A stretch of 64,000 nucleotides of DNA from Eledone cirrhosa (GCA_964016885.1 OZ024743.1:205158001-205222000), one strand, 5' to 3'; positions 12,895 through 28,339 are shown, counted from the first letter of the stretch. The notes: a model not told the origin generated them from the letters alone. Made by a program: numbers and translations.

Positions 12895-15800
12895 CAACTG
12901 TCTTCATTGAATACTAAAAGTGTCTTCATTGAATACTACAAGTGTCTTCATTGTATACTACAACTGTCTTCATTGTATACTACAACTGTCTTCATTGAAT
13001 ACTACAACTGTCTTCATTGAATACTACAACTGTCTTCATTGAATACTACAACTGTCATCATTGAATACTACAACTGTCTTCATTGAATACTACAACTGTC
13101 TTCATTGAATACTAAAACTGTCTTCATTGAATACTACAACTGTCTTCATTGAATACTACAACTGTCTTCATTGAATACTACAACTGTCTTCATTGAATAC
13201 TACAACTGTCTTCATTGAATACTACAACTGTCTTCATTGAATACTACAACTGTCTTCATTGAATACTACAACTGTCTTCATTGAACACTACAACTGTTTT
13301 CATTGAACACTACAACTGTCTTCATTGAATACTACAACTGTCTTCATTGAATACTACAATTGTCTTCATTGAATACTACAATTGTCTTCATTGAATACTA
13401 CAACTGTCTTCATTGAATACTACAATTGTCTTCATTGAATACTACAACTGTCTTCATTGAATACTACAACTGTCTTCATTGAATACTACAATTGTCTTCA
13501 TTGAATACTACAATTGTCTTCATTGAATACTACAACTGTCTTCATTGAATACTACAACTGTCTTCATTGAATACTACAACTGTTTTCATTGAATACTACA
13601 ACTGTCTTCATTGAATACTACAACTGTCTTCATTGAATACTACAATTGTCTTCATTGAATACTACAACTGTCTTCATTGAATACTACAATTGTCTTCATT
13701 GAATACTACAACTGTCTTCATTGAATACTATAACTGTCTCCATTGAATACTACAACTGTCTTCATTGAATACTACAACTGTCTTCATTGAATACTACAAC
13801 TGTCTTCATTGAATATTACAACTGTCTTCATTGAATACTACAACTGTCTTCATTGAATACTACAACTGTCTTCATTGAATACTACAATTGTCTTCATTGA
13901 ATACTACAACTGTCTTCATTGAATACTACAACTGTCTTCATTGAATACTACAACTGTCTTCATTGAATACTACAACTGTCTTCATTGAACACTACAACTG
14001 TCTTCATTGAATACTACAACTGTCTTTATTGAATACTACAATTGTCTTCATTGAATACTAGAAGTGTCTTTATTGAATACTACAATTGTCTTCATTGAAT
14101 ACTACAATTGTCTTCATTGAATACTACAATTGTCTTCATTGAATACTACAACTGTCTTTATTGAATACTACAACTGTCTTCATTGAATACTACAACTGTC
14201 TTCATTGAATACTACAACTGTCTTTATTGAATACTACAACTGTCTTCATTGAATATTACAACTGTCTTCATTGAAAACTACAACTGTCTTCATTGAATAC
14301 TACAACTGTCTTCATTGAATACTACAACTCTCTTCATTGAATACTACAACTGTCTTCATTGAATACTACAACTGTCTTCATTGAATACTACAACTGTCAT
14401 CATTGAATACTACAATTGTCTTCATTGAATACTACAATTGTCTTCATTGAATACTACAATTGTCTTCATTGAATACTACAATTGTCTTCATTGAATAGTA
14501 CAATTGTCTTCATTGAATAGTACAATTGTCTTCATTGAATACTACAACTGTCTTCATTGAATACTACAACTGTCTTCATTGAATACTACAACTGTCTTCA
14601 TTGAATACTACAACTGTCTTCATTGAATACTACAACTGTCTTCATTGAATACTACAACTGTCTTCATTGAATACTACAACTGTCTTCATTGAATACTACA
14701 ACTGTCTTCATTGAACACTACAACTGTTTTCATTGAATACTACAACTGTCTTCATTGAATACTACAACTGTCTTCATTGAATACTACAACTGTCTTCATT
14801 GAATACTACAATTGTCTTCATTGAATACTACAATTGTCTTCATTGAATACTACAACTGTCTTCATTGAATACTACAACTGTCTTCATTGATTACTACAAC
14901 TGTCTTCATTGAATACTACAATTGTCTTCATTGAATACTACAACTGTCTTCATTGAATACTACAATTGTCTTCATTGAATACTACAACTGTCTTCATTGA
15001 ATACTACAATTGTCTTCATTGAACACTACAACTGTCTTCATTGAATACTACAATTGTCTTCATTGAATACTACAACTGTCTTTATTGAATACTACAACTG
15101 TCTTCATTGAATACTACAACTGTCTTCATTGAATACTACAACTGTCTTCATTGAATACTACAATTGTCTTCATTGAATACTACAACTGTCTTCATTGAAT
15201 ACTACAACTGTCTTCATTGAATACTACAACTGTCTTTATTGAATACTACAACTGTCTTCATTGAATACTACAACTGTCTTCATTGAACACTACAACTGTC
15301 TTCATTGAATACTACAATTGTCTTCATTGAATACTACAATTGTCTTCATTGAATACTACAATTGTCTTCATTGAATACTACAACTGTCTTTATTGAATAC
15401 TACAATTGTCTTCATTGAATACTACAAGTGTCTTTATTGAATACTACAATTGTCTTCATTGAATACTACAATTGTCTTCATTGAATACTACAACTGTCTT
15501 TATTGAATACTACAATTGTCTTCATTGAATACACTACAACTGTCTTCATTGAATACTACAACTGTCTTCTTTGAATACTACAATTGTCTTCATTGAATAC
15601 TACAACTGTCTTCATTGAATACTACAACTGTCTTCATTGAATACTACAACTGTCTTCATTGAATACTACAATTGTCTTCATTGAATACTGCAACTGTCTT
15701 CATTGAATACTACAATTGTCTTCATTGATACTACAATTGTCTTCATTGAATACTACAATTGTCTTCATTGAATACTACAATTGTCTTCATTGAATACTAC

Positions 15801-17848
15801 AACTGTTTTCATTGAATACTACAATTGTCTTCATTGAATACTACAATTGTCTTCATTGAATACTACAACTGTCATCATTGAATACTAACTACAACTGTCT
15901 TCATTGAATACTACAACTGTCATCATTGAATACTAACTACAATTGTCTTCATTGAATACTACAACTGTCTACATTGAATACTACAATTGTCTTCATTGAT
16001 ACTACAACTGTCTTCATTGAATACTACAACTGTCTTCATTGAATACTACAACTGTCTTCATTGAATACTACAACTGTCTTCATTGAATACTACAACTGTC
16101 TTCATTGAATACTACAACTGTCTTCATTGAATACTACAACTGTCTTCATTGTATACTACAACTGTCATCATTGAATACTAACTACAACTGTCTTCATTGA
16201 ATACTACAACTGTCATCATTGAATACTAACTACAATTGTCTTCATTGAATACTACAATTGTCTACATTGAATACTACAATTGTCTTCATTGATACTACAA
16301 CTGTCTTCATTGAATACTACAACTGTCTACATTGCATACTACAACTGTCTTCATTGAATACTACAACTGTCTTCATTGAATACTACAACTGTCTTCATTG
16401 AATACTACAACTGTCTTCATTGAATACTACAACTGTCTTCATTGTATACTACAACTGTCTTTATTGAATACTACAAGTGTCATCATTGAATACTACAACT
16501 GTCTACATTGAATACTACAATTGTCTTCATTGAATACTACAATTGTCTTCATTGAATACTACAACTGTCTTCATTGAATACTACAACTGTCTTCATTGAA
16601 TACTACAACTGTCTTCATTGAATACTACAACTGTCTTCATTGAATACTAAAACTGTCTACATTGAATACTACAACTGTCTACATTGAATACTACAACTGT
16701 CTACATTGAATACTACAACTGTCTTCATTGAATACTACAACTGTCTTCATTGCATACTACAACTGTCTTCATTGAATACTACAACTGTCTTCATTGAATA
16801 CTACAACTGTCTTCATTGAATACTACAACTGTCTTCATTGAATACTACAACTGTCTTCATTGTATACTACAACTGTCTTTATTGAATACTACAAGTGTCA
16901 TCATTGAATACTACAACTGTCTACATTGAATACTACAACTGTCTTCATTGAATACTACAACTGTCTTCATTGAATACTACAACTGTCTTCATTGAATACT
17001 ACAACTGTCTTCATTGTATACTACAACTGTCATCATTGAATACTAACTACAACTGTCTTCATTGAATACTACAACTGTCATCATTGAATACTAACTACAA
17101 TTGTCTTCATTGAATACTACAATTGTCTACATTGAATACTACAATTGTCTTCATTGATACTACAACTGTCTTCATTGAATACAACTGTCTTCATTGAATA
17201 CAACTGTCTTCATTGAATACTACAACTGTCTACATTGCATACTACAACTGTCTTAATTGAATACTACAACTGTCTTCATTGAATACTACAACTGTCTTCA
17301 TTGAATACTACAACTGTCTTCATTGTATACTACAACTGTCTTTATTGAATACTACAACTGTCTTCATTGAATACTACAACTGTCTACATTGAATACTACA
17401 ATTGTCTTCATTGAATACTACAACTGTCTTCATTGAATACTACAACTGTCTTCATTGAATACTACAACTGTCTTCATTGAATACTACAACTGTCTACATT
17501 GAATACTACAACTGTCTACATTGAATACTACAACTGTCTTCATTGAATACTACAACTGTCTTCATTGAATACTACAACTGTCTTCATTGAATACTACAAC
17601 TGTCTTCATTGAATACTACAACTGTCTTCATTGAATACTACAACTGTCTACATTGAATACTACAACTGTCTACATTGAATACTACAACTGTCTTCATTGA
17701 ATACTACAATTGTCTTCATTGAATACTACAACTGTTTTTATTGAATACTACAACTGTCTTCATTGAATACTACAATTGTCTTCATTGAATACTACAACTG
17801 TCTTTATTGAATACTACAACTGTCTTCATTGAATACTACAACTGTCAT
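12895..17848. repeat. 22-bp minisatellite, about 225 copies (CAACTGTCTTCATTGAATACTA)
   Basis: About 5-kb homogeneous tandem array without spacers. Confidence 0.98.
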
Positions 17849-18993
17849 CTGACTGAGGTAATCTTGCTTGACCTTGTTGTAGTCACCACCACTAGTCTTC
17901 AGTTGTTAAAGAACAGGATGAATATAAAAACAAAAACAAAAACTGATGCCATAATTACTGGTCAATCTAATCCAATAGGACTTTTCACTCCTATTGGAAG
18001 AATCCCTCGCTGGTTGACTGCCACTGCTTTCTATTTGGTTTTGGTCATGTCAGGGATGTAGCTGTACTCACCATGCTTGGCCAATTGTGGGTTGGTGAGG
18101 CTATTTAACCCACAGTTGGAGTGGATGGCCATTGACTCTGAGGAGTTTCTCTGCTAGAAATAGCAACTAAATTTCCTTCAAGGAAAGAACACAATGTAGT
18201 TCTACACAGCTCTAAAAGATGGGATGGTCATGATTGGAATGGCTATTGATCAGGTTTGACCTGGAGTTAAACATCATCATCATCATCATTGTCATTTTAT
18301 GTCCGCTTTCCCTGCTAGCAAGGGTTGGATGGGTTTACATAGACCAAGTCAGTACTGAAGCAGAGCTACTGATCTCTCAGACAGGCCAGGGATCTGCATC
18401 TCAGGTATGTATGGTCTCACATTCTACTAAGTGCACAGGAGAGGTTGTCATGTCTCTGACACAACTGAAAAGTCCTCCCAACCCTTTGTTTGGCATGTTC
18501 TCTACAGCTGGAATCCTTTCCTATCACCAACCATGGTATAACATGTACTGGGTGCATTTATCGTGTAGATCACCACCACTAAGGAGGCCATCATGTCCTT
18601 GACACAACAGAAGAGACCTCCCAACTTTTTGTTTGGCAAGCTTTCTATGGTTGGATGCAGTTATTGTGTCAATCACCAGCACTAGGGAAGCTATCATATT
18701 CTTGACATGACGGAAGAGACCTCCCAACTCTGTAACTAAATATTTCACGAAAGTATGTAATATGATGTCCAGAATATCCAGAGTAGAAGACTTGTGAGAA
18801 GTTCCCTAAATGTTCAATGGGACATCTCTATACTATAGGCCATCTCAAGCAGAACTGGGACTACTGAACAACTACAGCAATAACAAAAGTAGCAGTAACA
18901 ATGGCAACAATGAAAAAACAGTTTTACAAAGATTTAATAAAAATGTGAATTGAAAGAAGCGCAGCAAAATAATTCAGAAAGAGTTTTACTTAC

Positions 18994-19272
18994 CAACAAT
19001 ATCTCTGACATTATCATTCATAAAGTATAACGTAAGAAATGCTGATAAACAAATCACTAAAACAAGTAAACATTTGCCAACCAATAAACAGACACCAGAC
19101 TTTTTCTTGTGAGACTTTTTCTCTTTTTTGTTGTTTTCTTTCTTCATATTTTCTTTCTTTATATTATCTTTCTTCATATTATCTTTCTTCATATTCTCTT
19201 TCTTCCCATTCTCTTTCTTCGTATTTTCTTTCTTCGTATTCTCTTTCTTTGTATTTTCTTTTTTTGCACTCT
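18994..19272 (-). CDS. ASPH: Putative ASPH exon: cytosolic KKEN pentapeptide repeats plus type II transmembrane helix
   Basis: TTTTGTTTCTTTCAG acceptor and G|GTAAGT donor; 279 nt, phase 1-1. Reads (E)SAKKENTKKENT..KKSGVCLLVGKCLLVLVICLSAFLTLYFMNDNVRDIV. Terminal G plus AT of the 7133 exon gives GAT in frame. Confidence 0.78.
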
Positions 19273-21277
19273 CTGAAAGAAACAAAAAAATATATTTCAA
19301 AATTAATTTGCGAATTGTTGGTTATTTTATTTTACAAAGTTGTTTATACAAAAACAAAATATTTTATTAAAGAGAACAAAAAGAAAAAGGAAGTGAAAAG
19401 AAGAAAAAGAAAAAAGAATCAAACAATGAAAGAAAGGAGGGGGGGGGACACTACTCCTCAGTATGAGTGGTGCCTCACACTCTGATTACTGCAGAGAGTG
19501 GCCAGAGACACCCGCTGTAACAGCCATCCCACCTCATAGATTCAATATTATGTGAGATAATTATATGAGATAAATCCTTTATCATGAAAATATAATAGTA
19601 AATATAGAGAAATGTTAAAGTGTTCATATTTAAATTAAATCTTCCATCATAATTTTATGTAAGAACATTTTGTTAAGTTATGTAAAAGGGTTATTTTACT
19701 AAATTCCTCCAAAAATTTTGATTATTTTCAAAATCAATTGATAAACACAGGTAGTGAATTTCATTAAAAATATGTTAACAAAAGAGTTAAAAGATGAGAG
19801 TGATTGGAATTGAACCTTTGTGGTCCTACTGATTTCCAAATCACTTGGAGAGAATACTTGGATATTTGAACTTGGTTTCAACAATGCAAAACTCTACAAT
19901 GTGCAATTTCATGTTTGCTCCGAGCTCAAAACATGCTTTCTAATTTTGATAGGCCAGTAATTTTAGAGATAAGGGAAAGATCACCATGACAGGATTTGAA
20001 CTAAGAAAGTAAAGAACCAGAACAAAATACTGCTAAGCATTTGTCCAATACTCTAACAGCTTTACCAAATGAAGCTAATCCTTGAGGTTTTTCTTAAACC
20101 CTTAAATTGCTCTGTTAGGCATTTAGTTAGAAACTACACTTTCTGCCATGTCATCAGTATTCTACTATAGATAATAATGCTGAACCAATGAAGGAACTTC
20201 TAAGTGCTTGTTCAACTTGCTAGAAATAACAGCCAAACTTTTCTTTATCAACATTATGATCATCAGAATTTAATGACTGTTTTCCCTGCAAAGCATGTGT
20301 TGGACAGTTCATCACAGACCAAGTTAGTACTTAATTGAATCCACTGATCTCTCAGATAAACCAAGGGCCCTATCTCACATACATAAGTTTCACACTCACG
20401 CTGACTCTTTCTCTCTCTATACAGGTACACTTGGTGTATTTTATCATGACACCAGCAATGGAGAGGCTGTCATGTCTTTGACGCAGCTACAAACTCCTCT
20501 CTACACTTTGTTTGGAAAGTTTTCTATGGATGAATGTCTTTCCTATCACCAACCACTTTACAGAGTGTACTGGGTGTATTTTATTATGTCCACACCAACA
20601 CAAGAGAGGTTGTCGTGCCCTTGACACAACTGAAGTGCCCTCTCATCCATTATTGGCATAGCTTCTGTCTTAAAACAGGATTAACACATAGTATGTATTC
20701 TAGAGACACTATGCCTTAAAATATATAAAAAATGGGATGGCAAAGGTTGGAACACCTTTCATTATAGGTCTGCTCAATCAAAGCTGATCTGGGGCTAAAC
20801 AACAACAACAACAGCAATAATGATTTATAATATAGTCACAAGATTTTTATCAAGCCTAATATTTGACTAGTTCTTTATTTATTGAACCTGGAAAGAAGAA
20901 AGAGAAACTTTACCCAGTAGGGTAGGATTTGAACTCAGAATATATAACAATACAACTATATACTGTAAAGCTTTATTTAGTTAAATATCTGGTTGATTTA
21001 GGAAACCATTTTATTTCCATTCTTTCCAGCCTTCTCTGCTATTTCATGTTCACCCACTTACTACTATTCTTTCCAGCCTTCTCCATTACTTCATGTTCAC
21101 CTATATCTTAGTCTCATAAATCATGGATGACATATCTCACATATGCAGCACACCTTTCCCTCAGGAGGTTTTAGCGATACTCCCCTCCTCATTAGCACAC
21201 CACTCACTTCTCATGTACATCTCATTCTAGATACTGTTGCCATGTTTTATCCACCTTCTCCATTCAACATATCTTAT

Positions 21278-21645
21278 TATCATCATCCATTTTACTCGTA
21301 TTTTCCATGCTTTCATGGGTTGGATAGGTCTTCCAGCACAGCCCCCCCCCCCCCATTGCATTCTCCTCTATGAGCCCCAGTGTTTTGAGATCTCCTCTCT
21401 CTATCTCTGCCCATGTTTTCCTTGGCCTTTTTCTACTGTAGTTTATTTTGACAGGGAGCTCCTAGTATCCTCACCCAACAATCCTCTTCCATAGCCATAT
21501 CAACACAGTCTTCTCTCTCTCCTGCACACTACATTTGATTCCTCTTATACTCGGTTTCTCTCTCAGTTTATCCATGCTTCACTGACCATGCACACTAACA
21601 TTACACATCCATTGAAGTATACTTGCTTCATTCTTTTCCAGCTTT
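21278..21645 (-). mobile_element. Degraded RTE LINE 3' fragment
   Basis: Remnants of NEASILQWMCNVSV..LREK..IRGIKCSVQERRL, homologous to the C-terminus at 55600-55800; RTE-type tail. Confidence 0.75.
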
Positions 21646-22550
21646 CACTCCTCAGGTCAAAAATCTTTTTTACACCTTCCATCTTCACACCATTCCCAAG
21701 ATCCAGCTCAACAACCTAATGAATTGCAAAGCAAACTTCTTAACTATTTTGCCATGCTGCATCTACATGGGGACACAAAAAAATGGGAACAAAAAGCATA
21801 AAGCAGAGAAGTATCAGCTTGTAAATCTGTGGCTAAAACATATACATAACACCATAAGCATGGTATTATATATAAGTATCCAGCCCACATTGTAAAGTGG
21901 CCATGTAGGTGTCATGACAAAAAGCACCAAGCTCACACTGTCAAGTGGTTGTATAGGTGTCACAACAAAAAGCACTCAGAACTCACTATAGATGTGGTTG
22001 GAACTAGGAAGGGTATCCAGCCTTAGAAACCAAGCCAGAAACAGTTCTGTATGAATGAGCAAGACACAGTCACCTGACATGAATTACCTCAAATGCAACA
22101 ACACATCTAACCCATGCTAGCATGGAAAATAGACGTTAAACAATGATGATGATAGTATCTAATAAATTTGGCAACTAAAATAGAAGTAAAAATTTAAACA
22201 GAAAGCTTCTCCCCGAAACTATTTTGAAAATCGGTGTAGATATATATCTCTTAACATCCTCTAGTGATTTTACAGAAAATATCTCAGAATGAGTTTGTCA
22301 ATTCAAATGTTTATAGTATCTTTAATAGTGGACAAATCATTGTGAAAATTTACAGTAAACTAAAGATGTAAATATTTAATGTGATGCTGTCTTAGAGCTT
22401 CTCTGTAATTTGCAAGAATGTTTCACCAATGTGGTTTTTCATGTGGTACAGAACACTAATATCAAATCAATATCAATACTCTACAGGTTCTACTAATCAA
22501 CTGTTCTATTTGGATTTAACCCTTTCCACACCAGCCTGCCCAAATATAAA

Positions 22551-22792
22551 TTAACCCTTTTGTTATCAACCCGGCCAAAACCAGCTCAGGTTCTATATGA
22601 TATAAAACCACTCATTTTAAAGGTTTCCAATTTATATTAAAATCTCCCAACATAATTTTCTATAAGAACCTTACATTAAGTTACTATCTTAGTAATGAAA
22701 TAATTAATAATTTTAATAAATCCCTCAAAATAATTCATTAATTAATTGAAACTTAGTGTATTTCATTAGAAATGTGGTCATGAAAGGGTTAA
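22551..22792. mobile_element. TTAA-flanked MITE family 2 (piggyBac-like)
   Basis: TTAA-CCCTTT...AAAGGG-TTAA; inverted copy at 33257-33494 and diverged copies near 26646 and 37550-37772. Confidence 0.78.
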
Positions 22793-22966
22793 AGTCTTGG
22801 AATAAATTATTATTGTATGACAGATAATATAAGACTTTCCAAGTGAAATATTTGTCTTTGATTCTTAAGTTGAAAATTATTTATTTCACTCAAGATCTTA
22901 TAATACATGAATATTTTGATAATTAAAACATAAAAGAAGTATATTTTTTGTTAGAAATAAGGTTAC

Positions 22967-23291
22967 TGGGTGAAGAAGTGCCAGGAAATGTCAGTGGAAG
23001 GAAGCCACAGTAGAAGTAGACCAAGAAAGACCTGGACAGAGATGGTGAGAGCTGACCTCAAATCTCTGAGACCCACAGAGGAGATGACAAAGGATTGCAG
23101 CCAGTGGAAGGAAGCCACAGTAGAAGTAGACCAAGAAAGACCTAGATAGAGGTGGTGAGAGCTGACCTCAAATCTCTGAGACTCAGAGAGATGACAAAGG
23201 AACACGATGAGTGGAGAGATACTGTGCTGAGAAGGACCCATCCGACCCATGAAAGTGTGGAAAAGTGGACATAAAAACGATGATGATGATG
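22967..23291 (+). mobile_element. RTE family-B-like 3' fragment with an internal ~107-bp tandem duplication
   Basis: WVKKCQEMSVEG..RPRKTW..VRADLKSL similar to 55799-56017; CAGTGGAAGGAAGCCACAGTAG.. occurs twice; (GAT)n tail. Confidence 0.82.
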
Positions 23292-24977
23292 CACTGAAAG
23301 AAGGATAGAATCAATTAGATTAACCTCATAGTACTTAACTGGTACATATTCTATCAAACCTGGAGGGAGGAAAGTTAAAGTCAACTCAGCCAGGATTTGA
23401 ACCCCAAAACACCACCCTGACTAGGGCATAGAGTCTATCACCATCTCCCCACCTCTCTTTCTTCCAGTGTCTAATAGTCCTTGTTCTTTCCATCCCTTTC
23501 TTCTTATTTATGGCATTTATAGTTCTTTCTTTTACTTTCTTATATAGTCAGATCTGCCCTTCTTTATCCCTTCCCCTTTTTTTTTCCATTACTTAATTTT
23601 GTTTTTATATATATAATATAAAATATGAATTTCAATAAATTTACCCCAACAGTTTTAACATCTACCTGAAATTAATTACATGTATGTATTTCTATTTAAT
23701 CTATATTTGTTATATGATAATGATTCCTATTATAGGTACAAGGCCAGCCATTTGGGGAGAGGGGAAAGTTGATTAAATCAACCCCAGTGTGTAACTGGTA
23801 CTTTATTTTATCGACCCAGTAAGGATGAAAGGCAAAGTTAACCTCGGCGGGATTTGAACTCAGATCATAAAGGGCCATCTGTAACACTTTGCTGCAAAGC
23901 ATGGCCTCCGACCCTCTACCGATACTGCCAATCTACCACCCTTCTAATAATAATAATAATAATAATAATTTCTTATAATAGGGTCACAAGTTGTGGATAG
24001 AAGTGTTATGGAGAATAAAATCAACTTCCAAGATATTACTGGTACTAAGTTTACCAACCCCACAAACAGAAAAATGTAAAGTTAACCTTAGTAAAATTTG
24101 AACAAAGAACTTAAAGGGATGTAACTAAATACCACACTACTTATGTGACCCATTTAATAATAACAATAACAACAGCTGTCATTATCATCACCCTCATAAT
24201 GATTTAATGCCTATTTTTCATGCTTGCATGGGTTAGACAGGTTGTCATGTTCTGGGGCTAGACTGGTCAGGTGACCATAATGTTCCGTTCTGGTATTTCT
24301 ATTTTCAACCACTTTACAGCATATACTGGGAGCATTTTATCATGACTGCAGCACTACCACCTTACTGGGTGGACTAGTTGCTTTTTATCATGGCACCAGC
24401 ACAACTATCTTATAGGGTGGACTAGGTGCATTTTATCATGGCACCAGCACTACCACCTTACAGGGTAGGCTGAGTGTTTTTTGTCATAGCACCAGTACTA
24501 CTACTTTACAGAGGGGGCTGAGTCACTTTATTGTGGCACTGGCACTAATAATTTTAATGATTTCTAACTTAAAATATTGATATCTAAATAATAATAATAA
24601 TAATAATAATGTTGATAACTCTTCAATATGTGCTTTTCATCTTTGAAAGTAAATATGTTATGACACAATGTAATCATGTGAAGTTGTGTGGCTTAGTGGT
24701 TAGAGAATTGGATTTGTAATTATGAGGTTGAGTGTTCGATTCCCGGACCGGGTGATGTGTTGTCCTTAAACAAGACACTTTATTTCACATTGCCCTTTCT
24801 GCCAGGAGACGTAACTGGTAGATAGTATCAGCAATGGACAGACCATTGATCTGACAAGTTCCACCTCACTTGGTAAGTGATTGAGGTCTGGGGACCTTGT
24901 TGAGAGTTTAAAAGCAAATCAGTATAAATAGCATTAATACACTTAACTCCTACTCCTCAGTCACTGGTCTCAGAACA

Positions 24978-25250
24978 GCCTGTCCACTCACATGTCAGGT
25001 AATATTCCACCTTAACCCTTCCAACCTGTCTACTCAAGGTATACAGGTGATATACCACCTGAACTCCTTCCAGCCTATCCACTCACCTGTACAGGTAATA
25101 TTCCACCTTAACCCCTTCCAGCCTATCCACTCACCTGTACAGGTAATATTCCACCTTAACCCCTTCCAGCCTATCCACTCACCTGTACAAGTAATATTCC
25201 ACCTTAACCCCTTCCAGCCTATCCACTCACCTGTACAGGTAATATTCCAT
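24978..25250. repeat. 48-bp tandem repeat, about 5-6 copies
   Basis: CAGGTAATATTCCACCTTAACCCCTTCCAGCCTATCCACTCACCTGTA units. Confidence 0.9.
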
Positions 25251-25389
25251 CTACATGGACATAATCAGTGATAAAACAAATAGGTTTTCAGTCTGTTGCT
25301 AGAAATGTTTCATATGAAGCTGGTTAACTTATTTATTGAAATAAAAGAAAATCAATTAATTTGTCCAAAACTTGTTGGCATGGTTAAGA

Positions 25390-25625
25390 AAGGTGGTGGT
25401 GGTGTTGGTGGTAGTGTTGGTGGTGGTTGCAGTGGTGGTGGTGTTGGTTGTAGTAGTGGTGGTGATGGTTGTAGTAGTGGTGATGGTGTTGGTGGTAGTA
25501 GTAGTGGTGGCTGTGGTTGTGATAATAGTGGTATTAATGGTTGTGGTGGTAGTGGTGATGGTTATGGTAGTAGTGATGATAATAATAATCACAACAATCA
25601 TGTTGACAATAATGATGATAATGAA
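25390..25625. repeat. Degenerate (GGT/GAT)n trinucleotide tract
   Basis: Directly visible; explains the poly-G/V/T ORFs. Confidence 0.9.
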
Positions 25626-28152
25626 AATTTCTAACATTAGCACAAGGCAACACATTTTGGGGAGAGGAAACAGTTGATGACATCAAAGCCAGTCCTTATT
25701 TTATCAACCTGGAAAGGGTGACAAGCAAAGTTGAACCTGGCACAATTTGAACACAGAATGTGGACTGATGCAACAAAATATTGTCAGGTATTCTGTAAAG
25801 TAGTCGTCTTGGTGCCATGAAAAAAAAGGCACCAAGCCCACCCTGTAAAGTGGTTATGTTGGTGGCACGACAAAAGGCACCCAGCCCACATTGTAAAGTG
25901 GTCGTCTTGGTACCATTATAGAAAGCACCCAGTCCACACTGTAAATGTGGTTGGTATTGGGAAGGGTATCCAGCCATAGAAAGCAAGCCTGAAACAGTTC
26001 TGTATGAGCAAGACATGATCACCTGATCTGACTTGACACACAATGGCACAATTTGTCTAACCCATGGAAAATGGATGTTGAATAATGATGAGTTTGTCTC
26101 TGACATACTCAGAATTCTGTGAATCTTCTGCCATTAACAACACATAGTCATATTTAGAGGGAAATCAAGTTAGAAAGTGTTTAATCTTACAAACAGGCTT
26201 TATTTATAATTAGTGTCATGATAAAATGCACCCAGTACACTCTGTAAAATGTTAAGAAGGGTTTCCTGTTATAGACAGCATGCAAAAAACGGAACATATT
26301 TGAGTGAAATATGGATCAAGATCTGTTTAGGACAGTAACTGATGAAATACTGAACTGGTCTATAATGACACATCAAACAACTGTATGATGATGATGGTGA
26401 TTAACCACTAATGAAAACAGTGTGGACAGAAGAATCATTAAATACAAGATTATATTACTTTCAACAAGAACTTTATGTAGTCACTCAGCCATCTAGAAAT
26501 AGCAGCTTAATTCCCTCAAATCATACTCAACTATCTTAAAGTAGGAAGGACACAGAGTTGTACTTGTTTAGTGACATGATACAGTGGAATTGTGTGAGTG
26601 ATTAGTGGAAGAAAACATTTCCACACTTCATAACAGACATTACTTTTAACCTCTTTGATACCAGCCTGACCAAACCTGGCTCTGGTTCTAGGAACAAAAC
26701 CACCTAGTTGAAAGGGTTCCTATTTATATTAAAACCTTCTAACATAATTTTAAATAAAAACTATATCTAAAGTTACTATCTTAGAAATGAAATAAAGTGT
26801 ATTTTATAAGAAATAGTCAGAAAAGATAGAAAAAAATAAACAAAAAGTGAATACACCAAGTGGCTAAAATGATTCTTCCACATTGGATAATGTTTTAGAT
26901 ATACAAAGAGACAAATTAGTGAAAGCTGGAATGTTTTTGATGAAGAGATCTACTCAGACAACAACAACACAATTACAGATATTTGCAGTATTGTTGTTAA
27001 TATTAATCTTGCTAGTGATTACTTGGTTCAAGGGTTGTCAAAATATGTACCAGTAATACATCATCACATTCAACATAGCTTTTACATACTTTTTTCAATG
27101 CTTGCAAGGGTTGGATGGCCCCTTCTCAGCACAGCATCTCTACATATGTCGCGATCCTTTGATGATGGTGGTGGTGGTGATGGTGATGATGATAATAATG
27201 ATGTTGATGGTGGTGGTGATGATGATGATAATGATGTTGATGGTGGTGGTGAAAGTGTCATTAATTTAATTCAAAGACACATTTGTTAGTAACTGCAACA
27301 ATTTGATTGCAATTGATTGTAGCAGGTTTGGTGTTTATTTTATCAACATGATATTAATTATGTCTTCTCTTGTTCATTAAAACCAACAGGCTTCCCCAAT
27401 TGTTTTTTTTTTTTTAGTTTTCTTATTATTTTCCTCTGCCTTGGGTAGTTTCTAATATCAACACATGCCCCTTTCTACCCAGCTGGTGTAACCCACATCA
27501 TATCATCATCCCAGTACATCTCCCTCCCTTGTACACAGACTAACAACTTCAGTACTTAGCTGTTTTCTCAGCCCACCAATATCTCCCTCTTTGCTGCAAC
27601 TTATACATTCTACTGACCACAGTACTAAGATGTTTTCTCAGCTCACCAAAATCTCCTCCTATGCTGCAACTTATACATTCTACTGACCGCAGTTTTATTC
27701 ATGAAACCCTGCTGACATACAAGTTAGCTCAGTTCTTAGAGTACACATCTTTTAATAGCTCTAACTCCTTTCTAACTTGTTCTGATTATCATTTCCTTTC
27801 AGATAAATGATGATAGAATTAAGCTAACTCAGCAAATAAAAATGCAGAATGCTGTAAAGGTTTGCTGTAATGGTACCCTGCATTTAAAATATGTTCATCT
27901 TATGGTTTAAATTAAAATAATAAGAGATAGACTAAAACATATTAATAAAAATTAAAAATGTGTTGGAAATTTTTTATTCTTTCAAAAGGCTGCACAGAAT
28001 GGGCATAGAAGGCAGGTGCCCTATCTCTGTACTACACCCTCACTTTCTACCAATAAGTCTCTCTCTCTCAACCAGCAACTAATCCTTTATTTACTTTATA
28101 AGACTCCTTCACATTAAGTTCCATCATCTATATTTACCACCGACAGCTTATA

Positions 28153-28339
28153 AATAATTGTTTCTACTTTAGGCACAAGGCCAGCAATTACCCAGTGCAT
28201 TACTGGTACTTTATTTTATCGACCCCGTAAGGATGAAAGGCAAAGTCAACCTCGGAGGGATTTGAACTCAGATTGTAAAGGGACGTAACTATGCTGGAAA
28301 GCATGGTGTCTGATTCTCTACCGATACTGCCAATCCACA
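28153..28339 (-). mobile_element. ~180-bp tRNA-derived SINE with a Meta-SINE-like central block
   Basis: GAGTTCAAATCC B-box, then ACTTTGCCTTTCATCCTTACGGGGTCGATAAAATAAAGTACCAG and an AGAAACAATTATT tail. Other copies at about 23725-23940, 34850-35060, 41271-41446, 41473-41650, 46382-46498, 47778-47960, 48287-48467. Confidence 0.85.

Noticed and set aside
12895-17848. 22-, 30- and 40-bp arrays as CRISPR arrays
   Set aside because: Head-to-tail units with no unique spacers, no cas genes, eukaryotic context.
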